Assembly (NCBI RefSeq): GCF_018350175.1
Contig: NC_058368.1
Coordinates: 58,778,001-58,842,000 of the forward strand
DNA length: 64,000 nucleotides
Reading direction: 5' to 3'
DNA from: Felis catus
Lineage: Eukaryota
Part shown: positions 37,142 through 50,292 of the stretch, piece after piece
Position numbering within the stretch: position 1 is the first letter of the stretch
Layout: each line of letters starts with the position of its first letter
Translations under genes and position numbers: made by a program
The notes under the pieces: generated by a model
What the model saw: only the letters and a program-made list of their open reading frames with translations
The model's database searches: none
What the model was told of the DNA's origin: nothing

Positions 37142-37829
37142 TTGAATTACCTTCCTTAACATCTGGGTTTCAGATTGCTCGTTCCTTTGTAAAGACTTCC
37201 AGATTTAGGACTGTCTTGGCTATTAAATTAGATTTAGTCATTGTGCCATCTCTTTTAATTTATTTGTTTTTCTTAATACCTCATATTATATAATTTAATA
37301 ATGATTTAGAATTCCGACATCTGGGCATAAATTGACACTTCTTTGCCAATCACTAATAGTTAAAGAGTGCTTTGGATCGAGAGTCACCTTTCAAAATAGG
37401 TGATGCATTTTCATTTATCACTGAACATATTTAAATTGTCTACCATAAATTTCCCTTGGTTGTAATATCATTTTGTGTGTATTATGGACTACTGCTAAAA
37501 ATAGTAGTAACAACATTTTGCTTTTATTGTTTGTGAATTTTATGATAGTATAACAACTTTGACTCTAATTAGGCAGAAGATTTTCTCAATTGTCTCTTAA
37601 GTTTGTTCTTTTAACTATTGTAAAACATGAAATAATTATGTTTCTAGCATCATCAGTCTGATTATTTTACACTAAACAGATTCTTTTGATGAACCAGCAT
37701 AAGTAAAAATGATTGCAAGTGATTATTTCTGTTATCTCATTTCTTTTTCATGTTTAGTTAAGCTTACAAAAGTAACCTTTTATTTAAATGGTGTTAGCTA
37801 CATTGAAAAACCTAAATTGCTATTCTAAT

Positions 37830-38023
37830 TTTTACCTTTACTTTTTAGAGGGAGAGAGGAAAAGAGAGCACGAGAAGGGGGAGGGCATGGAGAGAGAGGG
37901 TAGAGGATCTGAAGCATCATCTGTGCTGACAGCAGAGTCCAATGAAGAGCTCAAACTCATGAACTGTGAGATCATGGCCTGAGCTGAAGTCAGACACTTA
38001 ACCGACTTCCACCCAGGTGCCCC
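37830..38023 (-). mobile_element. Can-SINE
   Basis: Antisense body ending ccacccaggtgcccc; short TSD attctaat. Confidence 0.9.
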
Positions 38024-39149
38024 TAATTCTAATATGTATCAAAAGCACAAAATATTCAGAGATTTAAAAATACTTATGCAAAAAATTACAAAAAGAAGAA
38101 AGCGTGTTTCACCTGTGGCGTGCAATCATCAGCAGGTGACTTCTCTAACCGCTCTAAATCCAGTTTATAAAGAAAGAAAGAAAAAAAAAGAAGAGACAGT
38201 AATAGACTTTATTGCCACATATTATATTGCTAATGTTTGATATATATTTATTGTTTTCCTAGTTCTTTTTTTCACACTCAGAGATTGTCACACATTATGC
38301 ATCCAACTGTAACACGCAATGCTTATTTTTATACTACTGACAGATTATTTCTTTTCCAAATAGAGGAGGCACTAGGAATCAACTGTCCAAAAACTTTTAA
38401 ATAATAAAAAAATAAAGTAGCCTCAAAAGAAAAAAAGAATCTTGATTTATTTCTAAGCATAAAGAATTTCTTTGCCACTGTAATTTAACTATCTTTCCAT
38501 TCTATGCTTATTTGTAACTAAAAGCTACTGAGGAAAAGTAAGATACAGATGACAATTCATGTTACGTTTAATTTTATCCAAATCAATGAAAATTTAAAAG
38601 TGAAATGGATGTAGTGAGAAAAAATAGTTAAATATTACAGCATCTTATTTAAGGCAATATAATGAAACAATTGTATTTTACTGTCGGTTGTGCCCAACCA
38701 TAGATATTTTAGGTTGCAAATAATATTTTTAAAAGTTATCTCTGAACCATTTTAATCTACATAGTATTATATTTAATATGTTAAATATTGTTAGAAATAT
38801 CCTAATTTGCCAAGCCCAGTAACTTATTTGGTGCTCATAATTAAAACAAAATATGTAGAAATCCTAGAAGAACAACATAAAAACAAATCAGGATTTGTCA
38901 TGTTGATAAATAAGGGAAACTTACTTGAAGATTTTATTCCAGAAAATCAGTTTTACAAACAAGTGAAGAACCAGAGGAATTATTACTGGCCAGCAGTGGG
39001 CTGATAACATTCCTAGGTATCATCAGATGTCACACACCATGAAATGTTCATAGCACCTTGAGACTCTACTGGGGAGATTATTGTATGTTTCACAAAGCTA
39101 ACAAACTTTGCAAAGATTTGTCCCTCACCCTTCCCCCATCTCTTCAATA

Positions 39150-39150
<1 letters not shown>

Positions 39151-39202
<52 letters not shown>
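39151..39202. repeat. (TA)19(CA)7 microsatellite
   Basis: Directly visible. Confidence 0.97.
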
Positions 39203-40169
39203 ATTTCTTTGGTTTAATGGCCCTGGAATTTACAGAATCACACTAAGAAAGAGATTCAGTGGAAAAGCTTTGGGTTAGGAATTTTGGACATTCCTTTTTT
39301 GTGAGTAGGTGTATGTGTGTGTATGTGTGTGTGTGTAATTTCTGGAAATAATACATTTTCTGAAGAAAAATGAAGCAGCATCAGAATACAGAAAGAGATG
39401 AAGTATTTGGATTTGAGGTGTGCTTTTGGAGGGCTGTTTTAAATGGTGTGATAAGGAAAAAAATAAATGGGATACTCAAGAAATACTTTTTCAGAATGTG
39501 ATATTTGAGCAGAGACTTGAAAATGCTTAGGGGAAAGCTATAAGAAAACTGGAGGAAGGGAGAATAGTCTAGTCAAAGTAAATTGTATGTTCAATAACTT
39601 GGATGTAAAAATTAGCTTAATGTACTCAAGAAACTGAGAAGCCGAAACTATGAGACAAAAAGTAGTTGAAGAGGTAGGCAGGGGCCAGATCATACAGATT
39701 TTTGTAGCCCATGATAAGGAGTTTGTGTTTTATTTTAGTTGTAAATAACTGTTGTAGGATAGTGCTCAATTAAATGTTATGACATGATTTATATCAACGA
39801 AGAGCTGCAGAGGAGGGACCACAGTAATGTATGGAGACTTTACAAGTTCATTTCCATGATTTAGCAGCCAAAGACAATGGTGGCTCAGATTCCCACACAA
39901 AGGAAAAAGAGGTAAGATGAAGAGGCAAGAATTGGATGAATTTGGGGTATAGTTTTGGCCATAAAAATAGTGAATGAAGTTGAAAAACAAATGAAGTCTG
40001 AAAAAAAGAGCAGATTTAACAATTTTAGTCCTAAACAACTTAGATGAATGGTGATGCTGTTTAGGTACATAAAGATACTTAGGAGGAACACGATGTCAAT
40101 AATTTGTGATTGATGTATCTGTTAGACATCAAAATGGAGAAGTCTGGCAGGAGTTGGTTATAAACTAAA

Positions 40170-40217
<48 letters not shown>

Positions 40218-40218
40218 A
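40170..40218. repeat. (TC)n(AC)n microsatellite
   Basis: Directly visible. Confidence 0.95.
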
Positions 40219-40271
40219 GGTCAGCTCTGGAGACATGCATTTGAAAAGATGATATTTAAAGTGAAGGGATA

Positions 40272-40476
40272 GGGGCACCTGGGTGGCTCAGTCAGTTGAG
40301 CATCCAACTTTGGGTCAGGTCATGATCTCACAATTTGTGGGTTCCAGCCCCACATAGGGCTCTATGCTGACAGCTAGAAGCCTGGAGCCTGCTTCAGATT
40401 CTGTGTCTCCCCCTCTCTCTGCCCTTCCCTCACTCACACTCTGTCTCTCTCTCTCAAAAATAAACATTAAAACAAA
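40272..40476 (+). mobile_element. Can-SINE inserted in L2
   Basis: TSD atttaaagtgaa(g/a)ggata at 40254-40271 and 40477-40494. Confidence 0.95.
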
Positions 40477-41557
40477 ATTTAAAGTGAAAGGATAAATGAG
40501 ATCACCTATATAGTGAATATAGAGAACAGACACCAACTAATTCTTGGGTCCTCAAATATGTAAGGATGAGAAAGCAGAGGAAAAAGAAGCAAAGAGATTT
40601 AAAAAAAAAAAAAGAGCACTCATTGGAGTGGGTAGAAAGCAATCAAGAAGACTGGAATTCCTTGAAAGATGAGTTTATGTATTTCAAGAAGAAGTTCAAG
40701 AAAACTGAGGAGTAGACATTGATTGTTTTGTTTGGTAAAATGGAGGCTATTGACAAATTTGACAAATATAATTACAAGAAGTGATACATCCTCAATTTTC
40801 TCAGAGTGGGATGAAAGGAGGATGACAATCTATAAAATGGAAATAATAACCAAAGGAAACTATACCAAGAAGTTCTGCTACAAGGGAGTAGAACAATGAG
40901 ACCATGATTAGAAGGGGTTAGGAGCCAAAGTTGGGTTTTTGTTTTGGAGTTTTGTTCTTTTGTTTTGTATGGGAGTATGTTTGTGAGAAGTTGGAATGAT
41001 GCTGGAGAAGTATCAAATCAGTGCTTCAGTAGGAAGAAGAAATAGGTGGAATCAGTTAGCAAAACAGTATAAGGCATTATACAGAAGTATAAGACTGGTT
41101 TTGAGGTAGGATTAAAAATACTTGATCAAAAGAGTAAGGTAGAAAATTAGATATAGAAACTGAGAGGACACTAAATGTGATGGTAGGAATTTGAGGTAGT
41201 TCACTTCAAATTGCTCCAGTTTTTCAGGGAATGAAGAAAATAAGTCATCAGATGAGAATGTGGAGATAGAAGGGAAAGTAGGAGTGTGATAAGCAGAAAA
41301 GGTATGTCCTGGCTTTTTCAGAGGAAGAAAGATAAGACTGATAAATGTAATAAATTAGATGGTTAGTTCTTAGGACTTATGTTAAATTTAAAATGATAAT
41401 GTGGGGCCAGAGAAGACTGAATCATTCTTTAAGCCTTATCCATTGCTGGGGTGCATGTAAGTAGAGTCAATAAAGAGTTTTTTTGTTTTGTTTGTTTTGT
41501 TTTTTTTTTGTTTGTTTGTTTTTCAGGTTAGAACAAAAAAGGGAGACACCTGCAAGG

Positions 41558-41968
41558 GAGTTATGCTAGGATTTACCAGATTATGTTGCAGAAGCAAACG
41601 ATTCCAAAATGTCAGGCTTAACACAAAATATTTATTTTTCAATTATGTTGTGTGTGTAATACATATCAGTAAGGAGCCATTCTGGACAGTCATTTAGATG
41701 CCCAAGATAACAGTGCATCGTCATCCTTTGGCTGCCCCATCAAGTGTACAGCCTTCTCTGTCACCACAAAAGGGGAAAAGAACCTTTAGGGGATCCCTTA
41801 CCAGCAATGAAATCCTTCAGTAGGGAAATTGTACATGTTGCTTTAGTTTACAGCTCGTTGATCAGAAGAATTCATTTGCCAGCCCAATACCAAGACCATT
41901 GGGAAGTACAGTAGTTGAAGTGTTCACAAAGAGGAAAGCCAGGTATTTATGAGCATTTAGTAACCACA
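41558..41968 (-). mobile_element. Old MaLR LTR (MLT1J/K-like)
   Basis: ttatgttgcagaagcaaac..ccaaaatgtcaggcttaacacaaaa.atttattt...gggaagtacagt...aagaggaaagccagg. Confidence 0.65.
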
Positions 41969-42234
41969 GCAGTTGAGAGTGTATACAAATGAAAGGTTAT
42001 CTGTGATAAATAAATGATTAAGGATAAGATGACAATCCTGGGATGAATAAATGAAATATTATTATAGTCAATATATTGGCATTTCCCAAAAAGAAAGAAT
42101 AATGAATATAGTAGTGAACTAGTTACTGATATTTAAAAAAAAAAGCAAAACCTGTGTGGAATGTTCAAATTTCATACATTGGAAGTGGTGCAATTATGGT
42201 AACAATAGGTGTAGGAATTTACTTTTTTTAATTT

Positions 42235-42375
42235 GTCTCTCCCACTTACTAGCTTTGTGGCTTTAGAAAAATTATTAAACAACTCTATGTGGGATCAACT
42301 ATCTGTAAGTTGAAAATTCAGGGAACTTTTCTCATATGGCTGTTGTGAAGATCAGATGGGAAAACAAACACAAAA
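42235..42375 (+). mobile_element. MIR fragment
   Basis: ctctcccacttactagctttgtggctttag...atctgtaag...ctcatatggctgttgtgaagat. Confidence 0.65.
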
Positions 42376-43195
42376 AGCTGTGTATTTTATTATGTAAATT
42401 TTAATGAAAAATAAGTTTCATTATTATTAATAGAGATGAAATGGTAAAAACCTAACTACACACCAAAAATCTTTGTCTGAAGACAAAGAAAGCTGGAAAC
42501 CTAGAGAAACTGATTTACAATATCCCTTTAAAAATAGTGCTATTTATTTTGAGATGAAGTCAATAAAAATTTGTAAAATGACTGTTATATGGTTAAATAA
42601 CTACAGTACTATTGAAATGGAATGTTTTAATTTGCTGCTATCCTTAAGTCTACTTGTAATTTTAAAATTAGATTCTTTAAATAACATTTTTGCACATAAT
42701 GCAAGTGTTTACATGATTTGTACCTGTTTCATTTGTCTTGCCAGTCCATTTGAAAAACCTTTGATATAACACTGAACATTTTGTTAGTTAGACGGAAACG
42801 AAAAAGAAAAGGATATCATTTGTACAAGTGACTATTTGCTGTTATTTCTACTTATCAGAGATTGTCATTCTTTAGACACTTGAGTTTACTTTTCTCTGTG
42901 AAGAAGTACACACTCCATGCTGAGTGTGTGTGTATGTGTTTCCATGCATGTGTATGTATGCTGACAAGAGCATACATGCTTGTGTTTGATAACCCACTTG
43001 GCAATATTTTCTTCTGGTTGTCTCTGCTTTGCTTTGTCTCTGCTTTGCTTGAACATTTCTTAAACACACATCATTCTATAAATAGCTGAGAAATCTACTC
43101 AAAATTTTCAAATGACGTAAGATAAAGGCATTAGAAAACAATACCGAATCTAATTCACAAGTATATTGTGTGATTATTTTATTGAAAAAAATATA

Positions 43196-43361
43196 GGGTC
43201 GCCTGGGTGGCTCAGTCAGCTGGGTGTCTGACTTTGGCTCAGGTCATGATCTCACGATTCGTGAGTACGAGCCCTGCATCAGGCTCTGTGCTGACATGAC
43301 AGCTCAGAACCTGGAGCCTGCTTCAGATTCTGTGTCTCCCTCTCTCTCTGCCCCTCCCCTG

Positions 43362-43395
<34 letters not shown>

Positions 43396-43452
43396 CTCTC
43401 TCTCTCTCTCTCTCTCAAAAATAAATAAACATTAAAAAATTTTTTGAAAAAA
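43196..43452 (+). mobile_element. Can-SINE with (CA)n(CT)n tract
   Basis: Head, body, tail; TSD approximately aaaaaatata. Confidence 0.93.
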
Positions 43453-43834
43453 GAAAAAATATATGGAGAGTCAGATTCAGAAAATAAAGCACAAAAAAAC
43501 ATAAATAAACAATGCTATTTAGAGATCATTATTGTTGATTATATTTTTGAGGTAATTTTACTTTGGAGTTCTCCTTTGCTTACATGAACATTCTGGTTTA
43601 ATTTCCTTATTCAATTCCAATTCTTCTCCATATCTTATAACTAGGCACTGTAACTCTCTCTTTGGAACTACTCTGTTCATATAAATAAACAAATAATTAA
43701 GCAATAATTAAATATTTTTAATATAAGTCTACTCTGTTAATTTTTTGATATACATATAAAACCCCATGTTTCCTCAAATCAAGGAATTTAAAATATACTT
43801 TAGGGTGGTAAGCATCAATTTAAAAAAAGAATTA

Positions 43835-43958
43835 GGGGCATCTGGGTGGCTCAGTCAGTTGAGTGTCCCACTATTGATTTAAGTTCAGGTCATGATCCCA
43901 GCATCATGGGATCAAGTCCTGGGCGGGCTCCACACTGAGCATGGAGCCTGCTTGAGAT

Positions 43959-43989
<31 letters not shown>

Positions 43990-43990
43990 G

Positions 43991-44024
<34 letters not shown>

Positions 44025-44070
44025 CCCCCTCTGCCCTTGTCCCCTACTCGCACTCTCAGTCTAAAATTTT
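43835..44070 (+). mobile_element. Older-type Can-SINE
   Basis: ggggcatctgggtggctcagtcagttgag...gagcatggagcctgcttgagattctctc. Confidence 0.88.
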
Positions 44071-44559
44071 AAAAAGTAGAATTATTTTTAAAAATAATTT
44101 TAAAAAGTAGAATTAAATATATCAAACTTGATAAAATTGAATGGATAATGGAAGACAAAATCATTAAGATTGATGATAAAAATTAAAATTCATTCTGACC
44201 TAACATAGTCTGTGAATGACTTTTGCTGGAGAAAACATTTGAGACAATTTCTGAAAAAAATAGCATTTAATGAGTGAAAAAGAAGTAAAATATGAATTAA
44301 TATTCAAATTAATAGGAATTAATATTCAAATTATTTTTTTCTTCCAGTTACAAACCTACATTCCATTTCTGGCTCTTTATTGTTTTTGAAGATGTCTTTG
44401 TCCCATATTTCCCGACCATATTTACCTTATACCATGTTTTTTTTTTTTTTAACAAAGCCAGTTTTCTTTATCTCCTAATTTAATGCTTAATAGTACCTTG
44501 TTCTCTTGGGTAAGTAAGTACCTTTCAGAATGATGGCAGTATCTTAAAATGCTACTGGG

Positions 44560-44583
44560 AGCAAGCAAGCAAGCAAGCAAGCA
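44560..44583. repeat. (AGCA)n short microsatellite
   Basis: agcaagcaagcaagcaagcaagca. Confidence 0.9.
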
Positions 44584-44683
44584 TATAGGTAATTTAATAA
44601 AAATACTTGAGGCCAAAGTATACTGTTAACCAGAATTTTTCAAAAGCCCAATTAATTTATATACTAAAATACAGGATTATTCT

Positions 44684-44895
44684 CTTTTTAATTTTTTTTT
44701 TAAATTTTTATTTTGAGAGCAAGAAAGAGACAGCCAGGGAGGGGCAGAGAGAGAGGGAGAGAGAGAATCCCAAATAGGCTTTGCGCTGACAGCACAGAGC
44801 CTAATCCAGGTCTGGAACCCATGGAACCATGAGATCATGACCTGAGCTGAGACCAAGAGTCAGACACTTAACCGACTGAGCCACCCAGGTACCCC
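44684..44895 (-). mobile_element. Can-SINE
   Basis: TSD aggattattct at 44673-44683 and 44896-44906. Confidence 0.93.
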
Positions 44896-46226
44896 AGGAT
44901 TATTCTTTTAATACTCATTTTATCATTGACTCACAACTTTTGGTGTTTTTTCCTTTAGATCGTTGTTATCTTCCTAACTTCTTATTTTACTAATTGTTTT
45001 CGAAATTTCTCTATACTTCTATATTAAAAAGTTTGTCAAAAAATTATCTGAAACTTGAACATAGACAAAATTTAAACCACATCTTTTCTGTGTTTATGGG
45101 ATTTAATGTCTCCCAACGATTATCTAGATTGTAGGAGAATGTATTTAACTCTTTTTTTAAATTTATTATTAATTAAAGGCTTCAGCCTTAGACAGCCCAC
45201 AGGTTAATTTGTAGATTTTTGTCCAGTAGAGATGCAAATAATTGGTGTCTAGTGGAATGAAATAGCCCTGTAATTAGTAATTTATAGCCCTTTTGGACAT
45301 TTGGCAGCTCCTTTTTATCTAACCCAGCAATTTTGCCATTTATAAGAAGTTTAGCTTTTTAAATGCTCTTTGAACCAGTAATTAATTAATGTTTTAAAAT
45401 ATTTGACATGCATTCAATTCATATTTATATGGGACCTATGATTTGAATTCTTGACAATTATTTTAATTATATTTTAACACCTTTCAACAGCATGAGTCTT
45501 CTCTATATTGACTTTTCAGGATCCTTGGTTCCTTTTTTGTATGCTATAATTAAGAAATGCTCATCATTTTGGTTATAAAAGTCCTTGTACTTGTTTCATA
45601 GTTTGAATTTAGTATGTGAGAAATACCTAGGAAGGACAGAGGATGCTGTCCTAACTATTAACCTGGCAGGTGATGCTTTAGTTATAAAGCACACCTATTG
45701 CTTCTCAAGATTTTCACTTGATCATGAGCTTAGAGGAGAGACAGAAATGAAGGATTGTGCATGTAAGAACATCATGCTTCTGATAGTGCAAATTTCCTGG
45801 AGGTATTGTATATGTAGAGAAGTCTTCATAGCAATCCACTGAATTTTCTTCTGAACCTGGGGAATTAATGTTCCTTCATCTCCCCTTCAGTCAGCAGTCT
45901 TTCTCATCCCCAGGTCCAAACACATAAAAATAGTATAATATCCCATACTTTCCATCTTTCTTGTCTATCACCAAGGCAAGCATACAGCCCTTTTGTGGTG
46001 TTCTGACTCATTTATTACAGCCAATTATTTGACAAAGAGCCAAAAACAAAGAAAAACTAAATAGAGGGTTTTAAAAAAAGTCTTATAATAAAACTGTCTT
46101 TGGTTTCACTTGAATTCTGCAGGTACCAGGATCTGTCACTTCTTTATTTATATCCCTTTAACCATCTTTCCTCTCCAGGATCATGATCGAATTTACCTGA
46201 CAGGTAACCCTATCACTCTTCAGTCT

Positions 46227-46891
46227 GTGATGTATGCTGTGATGCCATGCTCAGATCTCTTTTCAGGAATGAAGAACTTATTGCCTCAGCTGATAAGAAT
46301 GTTGTCAGAATACAACCTTTAGTTTTTGGTTCTCTTCTGAGATGCCTCAGCTAGAAAGATCTCTCTCAAGTCTCCCTGCACCACATTCGATGATTAGCCA
46401 ATGGGGAGCTATAAAGGCCACGCCATGTAGATCAAATTCATGACAGCTCTGAGGGCGACTGAGTGGCTCAGTCAGTTAAGCGTCCAACTTCAGCTCAGGT
46501 CATGCTCTTGGGGTTTGTGGGTTTGCGCCCTGTGTCTGGCTCTGTGCTGATAGCTCAGAACCTGGAGCCTGCTTCAGGTTCTGTGTCTGAGTTTCTCTCT
46601 GCCCCTCTCCTGCTTGCACTCTGTCACTCTCTCTCAAAATAAATAAAAACAAACAAAAAATTAATGACAACTCCGTAGATCTGTTGCATTTCTGGAACAC
46701 CCCGAAACCTAAGCTAAGGACATGGTTGGGACTGTATCACAGCTTAATTTCTCCCTGTACCTGGGATACTTCTCTTCTGTAACTCCCACAGGTGTTGATT
46801 CCAAGGGTACTCACAAATGAATCTTCTGCAAGAGCACTTCCTAATAATCTTTATCTGTTAGTTGGTTTCCACCAGAACCCAACCTGTGACT
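46227..46891 (+). mobile_element. LTR16A-like ERV-L solo LTR, split by a SINE
   Basis: gctcagatctcttttcaggaatgaagaacttattgcctcagctg; ccaat 46398 and tataaagg 46410; cccacaggtgttgattccaag; agaacccaacctgtgac end. Confidence 0.85.
46451..46657 (+). mobile_element. Can-SINE inserted in the LTR16-like element
   Basis: Degenerate TSD aaatt(c/a)atgaca(g/a)ctc starting at 46434 and 46658. Confidence 0.92.
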
Positions 46892-46974
46892 GCAACACAG
46901 ACTCAGAGTATCTAAGATAAAGGTTGTATAGATAATCATGATTGGTGTTCTCATATACAAAGAACTAAATTAGA

Positions 46975-47194
46975 GGGGCGCCTGGGTGGCGCAGTCGGTT
47001 AAGCGTCCGACTTCAGCCAGGTCACGATCTCGCGGTCCCTGAGTTCGAGCCCCGCGTCAGGCTCTGGGCTGATGGCTCAGAGCCTGGAGCCTGTTTCCGA
47101 TTCTGTGTCTCCCTCTCTCTCTGCCCCTCCCCCGTTCATGCTCTGTCTCTCTCTGTCCCAAAAATAAATAAAAACAATGAAAAAAATTAAAATA
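46975..47194 (+). mobile_element. Young feline Can-SINE (SINEC_Fc-type)
   Basis: CpG-intact body; perfect TSD aaagaactaaattaga at 46959-46974 and 47195-47210. Confidence 0.97.
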
Positions 47195-47775
47195 AAAGAA
47201 CTAAATTAGAGCCATCTGTATTTCAAAAAAACTATCCAAACTTCCCTTCTCTTCCTCCTCCTTAAAATGATGGCTGAACCTGGTGTTTTACCAAAGATGT
47301 TGTCTGAGGATTCTGAGGTGGTGACAAAAGAGAATGACCAGAGGAGGAAGAGGCAGAGAACAGGAAATGTAGACGAGAAAAAAGCTGTGAGTTATGTCCA
47401 GTGTTGACAAGAGATAGCACAGTAATGGGAATTTAGTTGTCCTTTCTTCCCATTTATATCTCCTTGCAGTCATTGCTATTACTACAGAGTTACACCTTGG
47501 ACCAGTGTTACAAAAACTTGGAAGTAGATTTTCCATCAGTGAGATGGAACTTTGAAGATGGGGTAGAGAGGAGACAGAATTTTCAAGCAGTAGGAGAAGG
47601 ACTGTCAAGAGATTAAATAGAATTCCCATGGTCATTAGCCTAAAGGAGGCAAGGAAGGAAATAATGTATATTTAAGACATGTATCAGTTGGAAAAGATCA
47701 GAGCAGTCTACATTTTTATATGCCAGAATGACACTATACCTTCTATCCAAAGACAAACTGACAAGCTTAGAGGGC

Positions 47776-47779
<4 letters not shown>

Positions 47780-47829
<50 letters not shown>
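47780..47829. repeat. (GT)n microsatellite, about 25 units
   Basis: Directly visible. Confidence 0.97.
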
Positions 47830-47831
<2 letters not shown>

Positions 47832-48269
47832 CTATTAAAAAGAAATGAATGTAAAGAAATGAATGTTCATATGAAATATCTATGTTACTTTGAGATATAG
47901 ACTTTGAGATTGGACTTCTGCTAAATGAATTCACCAGGTTAGGCAGCATTCATTGGCTTCAAGTTCTGAGAAAGGTAACAATGTGGAGATGTCCTCTCTT
48001 TACGTTAGTTATTGTTTCACAGCTATTGCTTCATCCCCTTTTTTACTAATCACCACTCACCATATGATCAGTTTCATCACGTAGAGGGCTCATTAGTTGC
48101 AACTGGATTTGTGCTTGCTCGTCATACTGGCATTTTTCCATACCAAAATGATCCATTAATCGGTGTTTTTCAAATTAAATCATCCCCGTTTAAGAGATTC
48201 CAAAAAATTAGAATAAATAAAAACTAATTATTGCTATAGGCCAATTTGAGTGACCTCTGCACACCCCTC

Positions 48270-48665
48270 CAAACTTGTATCCATCAGTTTTCCTCTTTAT
48301 TACTTTCTTCAGCCACATTAGCCTTCTTATTATACTTCAAATATTCCAAACTTATTTCTACATATGTTCTTGTCTCTGCCCACAAAATCCTTCTCCCAAA
48401 TCCATAATTATATTTCTTCATTTACTGATAGCTTCATTATCATCCAAGAGAGGATTTCTCTAACCATCATGTAAATTTGGTCTCATCTCCACAATTTATT
48501 TAATTTTTCTCACCCTTTACTTTATTAAAATTTATTTTACAGAATTTATCATGATTTTAAATGCTTATTGTCATTTGACTCCACTGAATTTATGAGAGTA
48601 GGTATTCTTCTGTCACCTTCATCAATCAATCCTTAGCGCCTGGCACGTAGAAGTCAGTCAACAAG
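48270..48665 (+). mobile_element. L2 3' fragment
   Basis: cagccacattagccttctt...tttctctaaccatc...ttagcgcctggcacgtagaagtcagtcaacaa. Confidence 0.65.
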
Positions 48666-48695
48666 TGTATTAGGGTTCTCCTTCTCTGGAGAATC

Positions 48696-48743
<48 letters not shown>

Positions 48744-49128
48744 ATATACAAAGAGATTTATTTTAAGTAATTGGTTTACATGTTTGTGAGGGATGACAAG
48801 TACGTAATCTGTAGAACAGCCCAGTAGCCTGGAAATTGAGACAATCAATGTTGCAGTTGTAAGCCTGAAATCTGCAGACTTACCTATGCAGGGTTTCTAT
48901 GATGCAGTCTTGAGGCAAAATCGCTGCTTCTTCAGGAAACTTCAGTCTTTGTTCTTGAGGCTTTCTACCAGTGAAATGAAGCCCACTCACATTATGAAGG
49001 GTAAATCTACCAATTTAAAAGTTAATCACATCTAAATAATACCTGTACAGCAACATCTAGACAAATGTTTTACCAAACAACTGGACAATATTGTCTAGCC
49101 CAGTTCACACATAAAATTAACAATCAGA
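48666..49128 (-). mobile_element. MLT2-type ERV-L solo LTR containing (TG)n at 48700-48741
   Basis: tgtattagggttctcc...gagatttattttaagtaattgg...gcccactcacattatgaagggt...acagcaacatctaga...cacataaaattaac; possible 5-bp TSD acaag/acaaa. Confidence 0.88.
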
Positions 49129-50281
49129 ACAAATACCTGTTTAAGCAAGTCAATTTTATTTTAATCAATTATTTAATGTATTGTTAATGCAGTGATGAAT
49201 TAGTTAATGTGCTAAGCAATCAAGCTCATTTCTTTGTAGTCTATTTTCATGTCAGAGTACATAGATAATGCAATTAGGTCCCAGTTGGAGGTTTTTTAAC
49301 TTTGAATTGCTCTTCTACGTTAAAGTATATGTTTGTCATGTTGATTTGTGGTGTACTTCATTTAATAATATGTGAACAAGGAGCTAGAAATTAAATCCAT
49401 ACATTGACTCAACCTCAATATGTCAAGAATTCTTCTCATTATCAATAACAGCATTTGTGTCTGATACTGTTTTTCATTTCACAGAAAGAACATTTAGCTT
49501 TCACGTTTTATAGCTGTGAACTGACCTAAATGTAGACAAGTGCAGCAAAAATTATTATCCATATATAATATATGGATATAAAGTATTTTGTCATCATATT
49601 TTCAGAATGCTCTTAAATGGGCTTTGCTTGAGCTATAATATAAGGATTCTATTTATAAAAATTGACCAAGAAAGCACAATCATGATATTAAATAGTGGAT
49701 TTTCTAATAATTATTCTAATTTTAATATTCAGAATAAATTCCTTAACTTTTTATTTGTTCAGACCTGGTAAACACACACAGTTTTCCAATTATTCATGTA
49801 TTCTTACTATTATCTCGTTTCCTTTAAGTTCCAAGATTGCAAAGATAATCTTTGTAATACTTAAGTTTCTGATTTATGAAATAAGCCTCTTGAGAAGCCA
49901 CCTTTGCTCTCAATGCAGAACCTGGCCACCAGATGAGCTTAGCACAGAATAGAAGGTTGGCCAGGTTCCAGGTGTCTCCTGTAAAATGAACTATTTTGCT
50001 TCTGCAGACCTCTGAGCTCAGAACTAGTAGCTTCCTCTGATTGTAGTGCCGACTGATTTCCTGAAGGTTCTCTCAGGATGAATAAGAGGAGACTGATAAT
50101 TGAATGAAAATGGGGACATTTAACATCCTGCCAGTAGGAAGAAGTACTAGACACAGGGAGGAGTCCCATATTGGTTTCTACACTGTTTGCCAGAGTTGAC
50201 TTGTCTTATAAGGACCTACATGAGTCTTCCTTAACCTTCACCAATACTACAATTTTTTTTATGTTTTTATATTTTTTACAG

Positions 50282-50292
50282 GAAATACATAG
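50282..50292 (+). other. Candidate 11-nt microexon
   Basis: ttttttttatgtttttatattttttacAG|GAAATACATAG|GTAAGA. Confidence 0.25.

Larger units (their letters stand above)
39350..41400 (-). mobile_element. Long L2 fragment
   Basis: gtgatatttgagcagagacttgaa; gaggtaggcaggggccagatcatacaga...ccatgataaggagtttg; tgttagacatcaaaatggaga; tatttaaagtgaa...gatgagatcacct. Confidence 0.8.

Noticed and set aside
47775..48741. Two (TG)n tracts both preceded by cactag
   Set aside because: The flanks are otherwise unrelated and the second lies in an MLT2 LTR; likely coincidence
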